Notes: a model not told the origin generated them from the letters alone. A stretch of 64,000 nucleotides of DNA from Azolla caroliniana (GCA_043228905.1 JBHGNT010000021.1:10664001-10728000); one strand, 5' to 3'. Shown: positions 22,801-36,203, counted from the first letter of the stretch. Made by a program: numbers and translations.

Positions 22801-24315
22801 ATTTTTTTTTAAAAATAATTACATTTTTTTCTATTTTATTTTGGTACTTTGTTTTTTTTTCTAAAACAAAATTGAGCTATAATAAGTGATGAAAAAACCA
22901 GAGCTTTTATCACAAGTTGATACAATGTATCAAATTGATGTTTAAAAAATAAAACAAAATCAATAAAAAATTATAAAAAATTGAAAAAAATTGAAACAAA
23001 ATTGAAAACAATTAGAAAAAATTACTTTAAGCATGAACTCAATACATTATATCGAATTGTGATGAAAATTATGGTTTTCTAGATGATCTCAAGCACAATT
23101 TATTATTATTATTATTTTTTAAATCTAGTAAAAAAAACTTTGAGCAAGAATTCAATACATTGTATGGAATTATGATGAAAACTCTATTTTTTACATCAAC
23201 TCGATATAACATATCGACTTAATGTTTAAAATCTTGTTGTTTTTCAGATAAAAGAGGTTTTTTAAACATGAACTTGAATCGTACTAAAATCTTTGTTTTT
23301 ACAAGAGAAAAAGATGCATATCGATAGTGCAAACAAGTATGCTGTACAATAAGATACTTTATGGTAAACATGTGCATCATTGATTAACAAAAAACTATTA
23401 ATAATTATGTTGATGGTAATTGAACCTTGCAAATGCCATTTACACGGTCCATAAAGTGTTCGTGTGGTTCTCAATCACTACTTAATGTTGATCTTTATAG
23501 TTGGAACGAATGATGACAACACAAGCATAACTCAGGTGACAAGGAAACTTGCAAGAAGTCAAGGTGGGGATATTAATAGCTACACATGTAGATGGCCATG
23601 ACCTAGGGTACCAATTCTGCATTGGTAAAGTTTTGGACGTGATGATGCATAAAACCTTTGTAATACATCTATCATTGACATTAATGAGGTGGATATCATT
23701 ATGTATGACTTTACACAAATAAAAGTTGGATGTATAAGGACAACAACGATATGCATAATAAAAGAGATATTAGCAAGTCTAGAAGATATCTCAGATTGAA
23801 GACGAAGAAGATTTATTGCACAAAATTTGGAGATACCATTTGGTGAAGACAATGATTTGATTGGTACATTAGAAGATGAGGAGGAAGAGTCACAATTGTA
23901 TATTATCTATAGTAGTGATTCTCATGAAAAGAATGATGATAGTCATGCAGATAACTCCCAAATGTATTTGTTGTGCAACTATATGTAACAAATTTAGACA
24001 ACATTTTATCGAATGGAATAAAAACGTTCATTGTTTTGAAATATTCTACTTTGATTTCTTTAAGATCTAAAAACTTATTAGTTGTCATTTTTCTTTAAAA
24101 ATCCACAAAGTTACTTTTCATATTTTACCCAAATTTGGCATTTTTCAATTTTACCAAATGGTGAAAATTTCAACTTTTTCATCAAGTTTTGGAGAACATG
24201 TGATACTAGTATCAAGATGTTTTGTGAAATGGCAAAAAAAACCCCAAAATCAAACAGAATATTCCTTATCCTTCCACTTGTGCGCGATCCTTCCACTTGT
24301 GAACGCAAACGTGTT
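19883..24315. mobile_element. AT-rich non-autonomous TIR/foldback DNA element inserted in the LTR of element C, 4-bp TSD TCGG
   Basis: Imperfect TIR AACAC(C/G)TTTGC(A/G)TTCACAAGTGGAAGGAT(T/C)GCGCA at both ends. TCGG at 19879-19882 and 24316-24319. The empty site is visible in the sister LTR (~34365-34380). Inner inverted arms at ~20500-21060 and ~22885-23445. Confidence 0.85.
21230..22790 (+). repeat. Tandem array, ~333-bp period, 5 units, each with a tRNA-like A/B-box segment and CATGAACTCGATAC-NNN-GTATCGAGTTCATG hairpins
   Basis: Equivalent positions at 21376, 21707, 22039, 22372 and 22707. In unit 2, A box TGGTCTAATGG (21713-21723) and B box GGTTCGAGTCC (21757-21767). Confidence 0.88.
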
Positions 24316-26377
24316 TCGGGACAGAGAATCCCATGTAAGTCGGGATTTATCCCACATTGTAGTGCATCTCCCTCCTTGTTCTATAAAAGGAAGGGAGCGC
24401 CTCTTGTGAAATGGTTGCCCATTTTGAGTCGTAAGGGTATACCATTTTGTGCTTCTTTTCTAGGGTTAGTTACATTCTTTCCTTCTTCTCCTTCTTTTCC
24501 TTCTCGAGAACTCGGGCGGCAGCTATGGCGGGAAAGCTGTTTGGTTAACTCCTCTTCTTCTAAGCGTACCCGGCTCGCGGCCGGGGTTGTATCTCTGCCT
24601 GTTGTAGGTTTGCTTCTACTCGGCCTCTTGTGCAAGACCCAACTCGGTGCGACGAGCCCGAGAGCTCCCCGACGGTGGCTTGGCGGCAGACTACTGTTGT
24701 GACCTAGCTTACCTCAGTCTGGCTCGGAGCTGGAGTTGTAACTCACTCTTGTAATCATATATATATACAGGGTTGTGCATATTTGTGTCTCTATTGGTGT
24801 CGGGTGCTTTCCCTTCCCTGTGTTTCCTGTACATAAGATGTGTGTGTTGTGTCGGTGTTGCGCGCGTGTTCTCTCTCTCTCTTCCTCTCTCGCGTTTGGT
24901 AGCCACTGGTACGCGTCCGGAATTGCTCCGGTTCGCGCCACAACCAGTGCAGCCGGGACTGGAGAGAAGTCGGCTTCCAACACCCCCATCACTTCCTCGT
25001 CCGAGATCCCCGTGGTTCCGCCCCTCTTCTACACGTACCCGCGGAATACCGCGACAAATTTGGTGAACGCAACGTGAAGGGCGGCAAGGGAGGATGGAGT
25101 TGGAAGAAGATGACTTCGCGCAACTTTTTGTCGAAGCGGTGAGGGAGTTTGGATGAGCAACATCAAGAAGAGAGACAACGCAGCAAGCTGTCGAATGCGT
25201 GGTCGAAAGAGTCGGCCGGTTCAACAGGGACAAAGTCCCATTCTACTTGGAAGCCTATAACGCGGAGATGGAGGAGCAAGACGTAGACAAGGTGTTGAGG
25301 CTGGAGTTCTTCTGTCGGGTCATCATCGTCTGCATGCACGCGGAAGTGAAGGAGCTCCGAGAAGCTCATAATTCATGGGAGGCCTTTGAAGAGGCGCTCC
25401 TACAGGCATATGGAGGACGGCGGAAGAGCCGGGGACAACGCGACTTCGACCAGTGGGTTGCATCGGCGAAGACCCACCGGGGCGCAATGAAGGCATTCTG
25501 AGACTTCGAGCGGCGGCTTGCTCGGCTCCCGGAGCAGGAAATAGGTTTGGTGGGGGCGGACAAAGTCCTGTTGTTCGTCAGGTCGATAGACCAAGCGGAA
25601 CGGGAGGCCATCGGGCTTGAGGTCGAAGACGAGGACGGAGCGAATGGCCTTACGGAGGATTGGTCGAAGGTCGTAAGGTGTTGGGAATCAACGCTTGGAT
25701 TCACCTTCTTCACTCCGCCATGACCGAGTAATCGCGGATCAATGCAACAGAAAATAGAAACCAAAAGAGAGAAACACACGAGTACACAGGGATTAACGTG
25801 GAAAACCCTAGATGGGAAAAAACCACGGGAGTACAAGACTCCAAACAACACTATACAAAGAGAAGTATACAATGACGAGCTCCAAGGCGACGACCTTGAG
25901 CTCGCTGTCCTCGCCACAGGCGGCGGAAATACAAAGAGGCGTCGTCCTCTTCCTCTCTCGCGCTCTATCTCTCTCTCTCTCACGGCTGCTCCCTCTTCAC
26001 TCCTCTTGAGTGGAAAAACAGAAAAATGATCAGCAGCAACATAAACTGTTTGCCCTAAGTCATATTTATACACATATGACTTTCGGGCTATTTACAAATA
26101 TAACCTCAAGGGCTCTTGGCAAACATATTCACAAATATGTCCCCGCATCCGGATCTCTCTCTCCGGGTACATTCGTCATCCGGCTCCGTAGCCGGGGTCT
26201 TCAGCATCCGGCTCCGTAACCGGGGTCTTCATCATCCGGCTCCGTAACCGGGTACTCTTCATCCGGCTTCATGCCGGGTACTCTTCATCCTACGGTTCCG
26301 TAACAGCCTCCGGGCTTGCCGTCATTCATCTCCGGACATCCCATCCGGAGGGACCGAAATCCCAACAAACTCCCCCT

Positions 26378-29300
26378 TCACTTCGGCATGGGATGTCTCT
26401 CCAACCCGATCCTCTTCCGGCATGCTTCCAGCTTGTCGGGTGTGAGCACCTTGGTCAGCATATCCGACCCGTTCTCGTCCGTGTGGATCTTCGTCAGCAC
26501 GAACTCCTTGTCTTCTATCCTTTCCCGGATCCAGTGATATCTTCGCTGGATGTGCTTCGTCCGGGAGTGATAGGTCGCGTTCTTCGCAAGGTGGATTGCA
26601 CTCTGACTGTCGCAGTAGAGTCGGTACTCCTCCTGCCGGATACCGAGCTCTCTAATGAAGTCCTTCATCCATATTATTTCCTTGCCGGCTTCAACAGCTG
26701 CCATGTACTCCGCCTCCGTGGTTGACAACGCAACCGTCTTCTGCAGCCTCGACTGCCACGAAACGGCTCCCCCTGCATACGTCATCACATACCCTGATGT
26801 GGACCGGCTGGTATCTGCATCAGCCGACATATCCGAATCGGTGAAGCCGTCGAGTTCGGGCTTACCGGAGCCGAATCGGAGGCACACGTTTGCCGTGCCT
26901 TTCAGGTATCGGAGTATCCACTTGGCCGCGTTCCAATGCTCTTTGCCGGGATTGCTCATGTACCGGCTCACCACTCCGACTGCATATCCTATGTCCGGTC
27001 TCGTACACACCATGGCGTACATCAAGCTCCCGACGGCTGAGGCATACGGCACTTTCATCATATCCTCCTTTTCAGCCTTTGTCTTGGGACTTTGCTTGCT
27101 GGACAGCTTGCAGTTTGCCGGGAGGGTCGATCCGACCGGTCTTGCTTCCGACATGTTGAACCGGTGAAGCACCTTCGTCACGTACTTCTCCTGTGACAGC
27201 CACAACTGCTTCTTCTTCCGGTCCCGGATGATGTGCATCCCTAGTATTTGCCTCGCCGGACCCAGGTCCTTCATTGAGAAGGTTCGGTGAAGAGCCTTCT
27301 TCAGCATCCGTATCTTGACCTGGTCCCGTCCGACGATCAACATGTCGTCCACGTACAGGAGGAGTATTAGAAAGTCTCCTCCTTCGAACTTCTTCACAAA
27401 CACGCAGTGGTCGGACTGCGTTTTGAGGTACCCTTCGTCGGTCATGAAGGAGTCGAACTTCCGGTACCATTGCCGGGGAGCCTGCTTCAGTCCGTAAAGG
27501 CTCTTCTTCAACCGGCATACCAGGTGCTCCTTCCCTTTCTTCTCGAATCCTTCCGGTTGCTGCATGTAGATCTCTTCATCGAGGTCACCGTGAAGAAATG
27601 CCGTCTTCACGTCCATCTGTTCTACCTCGAGGTCCATGCTTGCCGCTATGCTCAGCACCGTCCGGATGGAGGTCATCTTCACTACCGGGGCAAATATCTC
27701 GTCGAAGTCGACGCCCTTCTTCTGCTGAAACCCCTTCACCACGATCCTGGCTTTGTATCTCGGGGGGTTTCCGGCATCTCCCGGTTTCAGCTTGAACACC
27801 CACTTGTTTCGAAGTGCCCGCTTTCCTTTCGGCAACTCCACAAGTTCATATGTGTGGTTCTCATGCAGGGAATCCATCTCGTCCTGCATGGCACTCAACC
27901 ACCTGCGGCTCTGGGTGTCATGTTTTGCTTCTTCAAAGCTCTCCGGCTCCCCCTCGTCGGTTAGCAGCACGTGCTCTGGTTCCGGAAATCTCCGGGGGGC
28001 CCTTCTCTCTCTTAGAGGATATCTCCGTTCCGGAGCTTCGGTAACCGGTTCTTCCGATTCTTCTTCATCCGAATCCATTTCGGGATCGGGGCCGGTTCCG
28101 GTATCATTTTCATCTTCTTCGGCCGGTTCTGTTTCTACACCGTCTTCGGCCGGATCCTCGAGTGCTAACCGGTCCCTTGCCGGTCGGGACTGCTCCTCGT
28201 AGAGTTGATCCTCACCGGTCGACTTGGAGCTCTTCATCTTCTTCTCCGATTCCCAGTCGGCGAGTGTCTTGTTCTCCATGAAGATGATGTCTCGACTCCT
28301 GAATATCTTCTTGTCGACCGGGTCCCATACTCGGTAGCCGAACTCGTCGTCGCCGTAACCGAGGAATATACATGGCCGGGTCTTTGGATCTAGCTTTCCT
28401 CTCCGGTCCTTTGCCACATGCACGTATGCGAGACACCCGAACACCTTCAGATGCCGGTAGGACACTTCCTTACCGGTCCACACTCTCTACGGCGTGTCTC
28501 CGTCCAAAGGTACTGAGGGTGATCTGTTTATCACGTATGTCGCCGTCGACATTGCCTCAGCCCAAAACCCCTTGGGTAATTTCGCATGCGCCAGCATACT
28601 CCGGACCCTCTCCATTATGGTCCGGTTCATCCTCTCGGCCAGCCCATTTAGTTCCGGCGTCTTCGGCACAGTAAACTCGAGCCGGATTCCCTTCGAGCGA
28701 CAGTACTCCTGGAACTGCCCCCGGTATTCTCCTCCGTTATCCGCTCGTATCGCTTTCAGCTTCTTGCCGGATTCCCTTTCCACTCTCGCGTGGAGTTCTT
28801 TGAAGACGCACAACACTTGGTCCTTTGTCTTCAGCGGTGCCGTCCACAGCTTTCGGCTGTGATCATCAATGAATGTTACGAAGTACTGGGCTCCGCCATG
28901 TGACTTCGTTTCTACCTGACACACATCAGTGTGCACCAACTCCAATGGTGCGCTACGTCTCGTCGGTGGCCTTGAGTGGAAGGAGGTTCGGTTCTGCTTA
29001 CCGGCCAGGCAATCGGTGCACTTCTCCAGGTGCACATGCTTCACTGGAATAAGGTTGTCTTCTGCAAGCCTCTTCATCCCCTTCTCACTCATGTGACACA
29101 GTCTTTTGTGCCACAGCTCACCGGCAGTGTCGGCTACCACATTCAGCTCTTCAGGACATAACCGGGCATTCATCAGGTACAGTGTGTTGACCTTCCGGGC
29201 CCGAGCCACTATCAAGCTCCCCTTGCTGAACTTCATGACACCGTTCCAGATGCTACCCGTGTAGCCTTCATCATCTAGCCTCCCGGCCGAAATCAGGTTC

Positions 29301-30451
29301 AATCGAACCTCCGGAACGTGTCGGACATCCTTCAGCAGCATTTTGCATCCGGTCGGGGTTGTCAACCACACGTCTCCTATGCCGGCAATCCGGCACGTAC
29401 CTTCATTTCCCATCCGAACACAGCCATGCTCACCGGCTGTGTAGGATGAGAAGTATCTTCTCTCCGGGGTCAGGTGGAACGATGCTCCTGAATCGACCAC
29501 CCAGGTCGTCTCATCGCCGGCAATGTTTAGTTCACCTTCTTCGGTGATGAGCATGATTTCTTCCTCACTTGCCGCGAGTGCCGTTGTTCCTTTCCGGTCC
29601 TGCCCTCGCCGATCCGAACCATTTCGGTCCGTGGCTCCCCGGTATGCACCGTTTCTCTCCGGTGACTTCTTCGAATCGGTGTTGTCGGTTCCATTGTCTT
29701 TTCGGTAATGCCGACAATTCTTTCGGAAGTGCCCCGGCTTCCCACAGTGGAAGCATGTGGGCCTTCCTCTTGACTGCGACCGGGTCCCCGACTTCTCCCG
29801 TCTTTGCGGACTCCGGTTCCATTGTCTTCCCCGATCCGATTCGGTAAACAGCATCTTCGGGTCGGAGGCCGGTTCCTTATCTCTCCGACGCGCTTCTTCA
29901 TTCAGAATACTTGTCTTTACCATTTGTAAGGACAAGTTATCTTCGGTGCACGAGGTGCTGAGAGTCACCACCAAGTTCTCCCAGCTTTCCGGCAATGTAC
30001 ACATCAGGATGATGGCTTGCATTGCATCCTCCAGTGGGAACTTGATCGCCGCAAGCTGATTCACGAATCCCATGAACGTGCTTACGTGTTCCACCATACT
30101 CTCGCCGTCCCGGTACTTGAGATTCACTATCTTCCTCATCAGGGAGGTCCGGTTCAACGCATTCTTCCTCTCGTAGAGGCCCGACAGCTTCTTCCACATC
30201 TCATATGCGTTGGTGTCGTTTGCCACATGCTGTAGGACGCTCACGTCGACGTATTGCCGAATGGTTGCAACGGCTTTCCGGTTCAGAAACCTCCATTCGG
30301 ACTCAAGTACCCCTTTCGGTATTTCCGACCTGTCAATCGGTTCGTACAGGTCCCGAACAATCAGAAGATCCTCCATCTTGATCTTCCAGTCGGCGTAATT
30401 CTGCGCATTCAGCACCATCATCCCCGGCTGCCCGCTGCCGCCGCCTTCCAT
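26378..30451 (-). CDS. Copia gag-pol polyprotein with a single in-frame TAG (28487-28489) in integrase
   Basis: ORFs 28487-30451 and 26378-28483 are in the same frame. Motifs CFHCGKPGHFRKNC, WVVDSGAS, LWHKRLCH, DNGGEY, YKARIVVKG, LLYVDDML, RTKHI and DMLTK. Confidence 0.93.
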
Positions 30452-30944
30452 TTTCTGCAGCAGTTCGCTCTGATACCAGTTTGTTGGGAATCAACGCTTG
30501 GATTCACCTTCTTCACTCCGCCATGACCGAGTAATCGCGGATCAATGCAGCAGAAAATAGAAACCAAAAGAGAGAAACACACGAGTACACAGGGATTAAC
30601 GTGGAAAACCCTAGATGGGAAAAAACCACGGGAGTACAAGACTCCAAACAACACTATACAAAGAGAAGTATACAATGACGAGCTCCAAGGCGACGACCTT
30701 GAGCTCGCTGTCCTCGCCACAGGCGGCGGAAATACACAGAGGCGTCGTCCTCTTCCTCTCTCGCGCTCTATCTCTCTCTCTCTCACGGCTGCTCCCTCTT
30801 CACTCCTCTTGAGTGGAAAAACAGAAAAATGATCAGCAGCAACATAAACTGTTTGCCCTAAGTCATATTTATACACATATGACTTTCGGGCTATTTACAA
30901 ATATAACCTCAAGGGCTCTTGGCAAACATATTCACAAATATGTC

Positions 30945-31135
30945 CCCGCATCCGGATCTCTCTCTCCGGGTACATTCGTCATCCGGCTCCGTAGCCGGGG
31001 TCTTCAGCATCCGGCTCCGTAGCCGGGGTCTTCAGCATCCGGCTCCGTAACCGGGGTCTTCATCATCCGGCTCCGTAACCGGGTACTCTTCATCCGGCTT
31101 CATGCCGGGTACTCTTCATCCTACGGTTCCGTAAC
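30945..31135. repeat. ~28-bp tandem repeats (CATCCGGCTCCGTA(A/G)CCGGGGTCTTCA) in the U3 of the Copia LTR; also 26145-26305
   Basis: Direct repeats visible. The 5' LTR has one more unit (717 vs 689 bp). Confidence 0.85.
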
Positions 31136-34100
31136 AGCCTCTGGGCTTGCCGTCATTCATCTCCGGACATCCCATCCGGAGGGACCGAAATCCCAACATA
31201 AGGGTATGCCAACAGCTAGACGACGAGCGAGCCGAGAAGGCTAAGAGGAAGGCGCGCGATGGCGTGCCATCACAACGGGAAGAGGCCAAATGACAAAGAG
31301 AGTCGGCAAGGGTCGGCGTCGGGGCCAGGATTGCGGAGGCATACGTGGCTCTCGAGGCAATGCTCGAGGAAGAGGAAAGATCGAAACCGTGAGCCGAAAC
31401 CGAGGAGACGGACTTGCCCCACAAGATGGCAGGAGATCAGTACGACGGTGCCACAGGAGAGGGTGTGGAACAAAACGCCCTCTCACGGCCGAGGAGGAGG
31501 CCGAGATACCGATCGCAGAATCGGAATGTTGGGACCGGCGGTTTCGGGCACGTCAGCCCGAAACCCCGGACATTGGAAAAGCAAGCCCAGGCAGGGCTTG
31601 CGCGATCGGTAAGGAGTCGACCACCGGCCACGAGGAACTGGTGGCTACGGACAAGGGAGAAAAACGGACGTGTGAGTCTTTGCGTCTTCCCACACTTGCT
31701 CCGGAGACAATGGCAATAGGGCCTGAGTGCCCACGTGAGTCCCAAGAGGAGGAAGGCGGCGGCGAGAGACCAAGAATCACAGGAGAGACGATACGGGGAT
31801 GGAGGGGACGAAAGCCCTCGGACCCGATTCCGGAGAACTCGGCATTCAGGCCCTTATGCCCATGTGAGACCGAGGAGATGGATGACGGTATCGAGGAGTC
31901 CTAGCATGATGCCAGCGAAGTTGGATGGGAGACGGCCCGCGAGAAGGTCGACGAGGGGACCATGAAACGATCCGACCGGGAACTAACCCACGCGGCACTC
32001 CGATTCAGGTGGGGTGCGATGCGGTCGTGGATTATTCGACGAGGGGCCGAAATCGGCATGAAGGTGCCGATACGGGAGAGGGTGCGGAACGAGCCGCCCT
32101 CTTTTACATGGGGAGAAAGACTGGTCGGGCGAAGGTCGGGACATCGGGAAGAAGGTGATCAAGGGTTCGGAACGAGTTCGGCGAGGTCGGCATCAGAGCC
32201 GAAACCCTGGACATTGGAAATCAAGCCCAGGAGGGGCTTGGTTGATCACAGAGCGGATGCTTTCCATCGACACCACTAAAAGGGTCGGTGGCCCTGGACG
32301 AGTCACCGAAAGACGTTGCGAAATCGTTTACCCCCATATCTTTTCTGGAGATTTCGGCAGTTCGGCCGGCGTGGCAACGTGAGACCGAAAGAGATGGAAG
32401 ATGGTGGCGGGAGCACAATGAGGAGAGCGATGAAGAGTTCGGGAGAAGTACAGAGGATGAAGAGGAGAACGAAGACCGGTCCTACGAAGATCCTCACACC
32501 GATTCGACTGTTGGCCCAAGTGTCGGCATGAATCCTATAGGAGAGATCGGTGGCGACAAGAGAACATGACCCGGCAATCCAGAGAATGACGAGCGGACCC
32601 GGACGAGAATGGGGCGGAACGGACTCCGGATAACCGATCTGGAAGAAGAGAGAGAGGCCGGGAACACGATATGGCGGTACCACGGGAGAGGGTGTGGAGA
32701 GAGCCACCCTCTCGACTTACGGAGACGGATGACCCAGGATAAGGGTCGGAGATACGACAAGCCCAAGAAGGATCCTTCACACCAGTTCTAGAGGCTCCGG
32801 CGGTCGGCCCGAGAGCTGGCGTGAGACCTAGAGTGACGATCGGTGGCGGCGAGGGGACGAAGGTAAAGAACTGCGGATGGGCGGTCTACGGAGATCCTCA
32901 CACCGATCCGGCTGTCGACCGAGTGCCGGCGTGAGTCTTATAGGAGAGATCGGTGTCGGCAGGTGAACGCGACCAACCGAGGAGGCCGACGCGGAGGTCA
33001 GGAAGACGGCAAGCAGTGCATCGGTGACCTTACACGCACAGGCCCTAGAGGCTCCGACGGTCGGCCCGAGTGCCAGCGTGAGACCTAGAGCGACGAGCGG
33101 TGGCGGCGGCAAGGTGGGCAACCAAAGACCAAGACGACAAGTCCCACAGAGATCCTCACACCGATCCGGCGGTCGGCCCGAGTGCCGGCGTGAGTCCTAT
33201 AGGAAAGGACGGTGGCAGCAGATGAACGTGATCGGATGACGAAAAGCAAAGTGAAAGAAGGTATGAGGCCGGCGAGGCGGCCACGAACCGAATACGGGCC
33301 CAACCAGTAGGGTAGGAAAGACAAAGATCGGACGCGCTTGGTACACGAGTCGGTGACCCAAGAAGGATCCTTCACACGAGTCTGTTTGGCCGACGTGGCA
33401 ACGTGAGTCTAAGGGTAATGGAAGGTGGTGGCAAGGGGACAAAGGCGGGGACGGCAGAGTCAACGACCAACCAAGGCGTTACGAGAAAGCAGGAGGTTGT
33501 GCGGGCCAGGACGCGGCAGGGTGATCTTCCGGTGAGCTGCCGGGGACACCCAATTAAGGAGCGGTGTGCCGAGTCGGAAAGGGGGCACACCCGAAAGCGG
33601 AACAGAAGACATGCGTGTGGCCATCGAGGGCCAAAGCAAGCACGGGTACGGGATAGTGTTCGGTGCAAACAGTGCCGGACAAGGAGGACGGAAGACGCAC
33701 ACGGCAGTGCCGGGAACAAAAACATGTGCGCGCGTAGATAGACTATGCGGGATGGAGACTGGATACAAGATCAAGACCCGATCCTCCACACCCACTTCGG
33801 AGATCTCGGTGGCTCAGAAGGAGTGGCAACGACTGGCATAGCATACCAGACCCGAGACAATAAGCTGGCGAGGGCGAGGGGACGACGGCGAGCGGAAGGC
33901 TCCAAACCGGTAGCAGCAGCATGAGACGAAAGTGACCAAGTGGGCTACCACGGGGTGTTCCTCGGACGCGGAGGACACCGGTACGCGGAGAGCGGAGCGT
34001 GCATACGGCTGAGGGAAGGGCCAACAATGAGGCACGCGTACTATGGGGTCGCAGCGAACGACCTATTGGCGAGACGAATGAGCCTACGGAGAGGCAAGCG

Positions 34101-35082
34101 GCACGAGGATGAACCGGATCCAGGCAACATGGATAGCGAGGACGACCGGTTCAGAGCGATTGGTGATCCGGAGGACGAAGGGTAAGTGCGGGCCGGTCTT
34201 CTCCGGCAAGAGTCTATTTTGGCGCATACTAGTGGATGCACGGTTAGGTGGGGGCAGATGTCGTGGAGAAAACCATCCCTAGGCGGAATCGAAGAATATC
34301 GGGAGAATCGGCGGTGTGCACCATGTGCACTTACCCTTGTAAAAACGTGTGAATAGTAGGAGACAAGTCGTGATAGAGAATCCCATGGAAGTCGGGATTT
34401 ATCCCACATTGTAGCGCATCTCCCTCCTTGTTCTATAAAAGGAAGGGAGCGCCTCTTGTGAAATGGTTGCCCATTTTGAGTTGTAAGGGTAAACCATTTT
34501 GTGTTTCTTTTGTAGGGTTAGTTATATTCTTTCCTTCTTCTCCTTCTTTTCCTTCTCGAGAACTCGGGCGGCAGCTATGGCGGGAAAGCTCCTCTTCTTC
34601 TGAGTGTACCCGGCTCGCGGCCGGGGTTTTATCTCTCCCTGTTGTAGGTTTGCTTCTGCTCGGCCTCTTGTGCAAGACCCCGCTCGGCGCAACGAGCCCG
34701 AGAGCTCCCCAACGGCGGCTTGGCGGCATACTGCTGTTGCGACCTAGCTTACCTCAGTCCAGCTCGGAGCTGGAGTTGTAACTCACTCTTGTAATCATGT
34801 ATATATACAGGGTTGTGCATATTTGTGTCTATGTTGCTTTCGGGTGCTTTCCCTTCCCTGTGTTTCCTATACACAAGAGGTGTGTGTTGTGTTGGTGTTG
34901 CGCGCGTGTTCTCTCTCTCTCTTCCTCTCTCGCGTTTGGTAGCCACTGGTACGCGTCCGGAATCGCTCTGGTTCGCACCACAACCAGTGCAGCCAGGACC
35001 AGAGAGAAGTTGGCTTCCAACACCCCCATCACTTTCTCGTCCGAAACCCCTCTTCTACACGTACCCGCGGAATACCGCGACA

Positions 35083-35550
35083 CCAGTTTCCGGCAGTTAG
35101 AGCATATGAAGTTTGGTGACTCCCTCGACTCACCCTATTCGATTTGCACTTGTTATAGCTAGAACTATTGCCATTTCTCTTCTACCTGAACCCGAGGGTT
35201 GTATTGAAATTGCCTTACCTGAGGAGGCCGTCGATCATTGTCCCTCTGATCGTTATTGGGTTGAAATTGGCGATTGCCTAGCCAATTATCTTCCATTCAC
35301 CGTTGATCATACTACTTGCATTTATCCCCATAAATTTTGGATTCGGCGACTCCCCCTTTGTTATTGTTAAATGGCATTCTATCGGTTCTTAAGTCTCTAT
35401 CGTACTAGGGTGAGTAATTGCGCTCGTATTTATCTTGATTATCTCTTTTGTGCTCATTAATCCAATACCTGTCTTCTACCGGTTGGAATCTCTCCTCATA
35501 TTGGGGCCAGTCTTCATCTCGGAAGTGGGCCGGTTGCCGAATCCGGCCCT
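35083..35550 (-). pseudogene. Decayed Gypsy gag fragment ending in a truncated zinc knuckle (ICSNCRKL)
   Basis: The minus-strand translation RPPQVRQF...CSNCRKL resembles the gag C-terminal region of the element at 1-3242. Confidence 0.45.
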
Positions 35551-36203
35551 CATTCTGCATTCGGTCGTCTTGTGGGTCTATTAGTTATACTGGTGCAACT
35601 GCTTTGTTTAGCAGATTGTATTAGCATTGCTTGATTGTATCGGCTCTGGAGTGAAAAATTGGACAATGTATCTGTATTGTTGTTACCCGTAAGAATATAC
35701 AGGGAGGCATATAGGTGAACACAATAATGTGGTTGATGTGTATGAGTGTGTGAGGATGAGTATGTGTATGAACACATGCGCATTTGTGTTCATGTGTACA
35801 AAAGTGAGAGAGTGGGTCAGTAATGTAACTCCTTGCTTGTCTCATTCTTTTGTAACGGTTACCTCATGTACTATATATATATAAACCCCTTTTGGGGCAT
35901 GTAATGGATATAGCTCTTTCCCTCTCATTTTGTTGTCATTTCTTATTTTCACTCTCCTTCTCTCTCTCACTCTCTATCGTAAAGAAAGGCTTCACCCCCC
36001 CACCCAACAACACTTTTGGCACGCCTGAACGACCAACCCTCTCTTGAGAGGAAGTCTATCCCTCACTCTCCTTCTCTATCACTACAAATCTCTATCTATT
36101 TCTCTCTTCATGTTAGTATTTGTGATGGAGAGTGTGATTTATGTATGGACTCTCTTTGAGAGCCAGCCTATGATGGAGATCTCCACACTACCCTTGAGAG
36201 GAA

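Larger units (their letters stand above)
25679..31198 (-). mobile_element. Young full-length Ty1/Copia element (Tnt1/Tto1-like), LTRs 25679-26367 and 30482-31198, 5-bp TSD TAAGG
   Basis: Near-identical LTRs TGTTGGGA...TCCCAACA. PBS TGGTATCAGAGC (tRNA-iMet) at 30467-30478, PPT at 26368-26378, TAAGG at 25674-25678 and 31199-31203. Confidence 0.97.
19535..35082 (+). mobile_element. Non-autonomous gag-only LTR element C (LTRs 19770-25056, interrupted, and 34259-35082), preceded by an extra copy of its 3' internal region
   Basis: LTRs TGTCG...CGACA. Degenerate Trp PBS 25061-25078. Gag-like region ~25093-25678 continues after 31203. 19535-19769 matches ~34024-34258. Confidence 0.88.
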
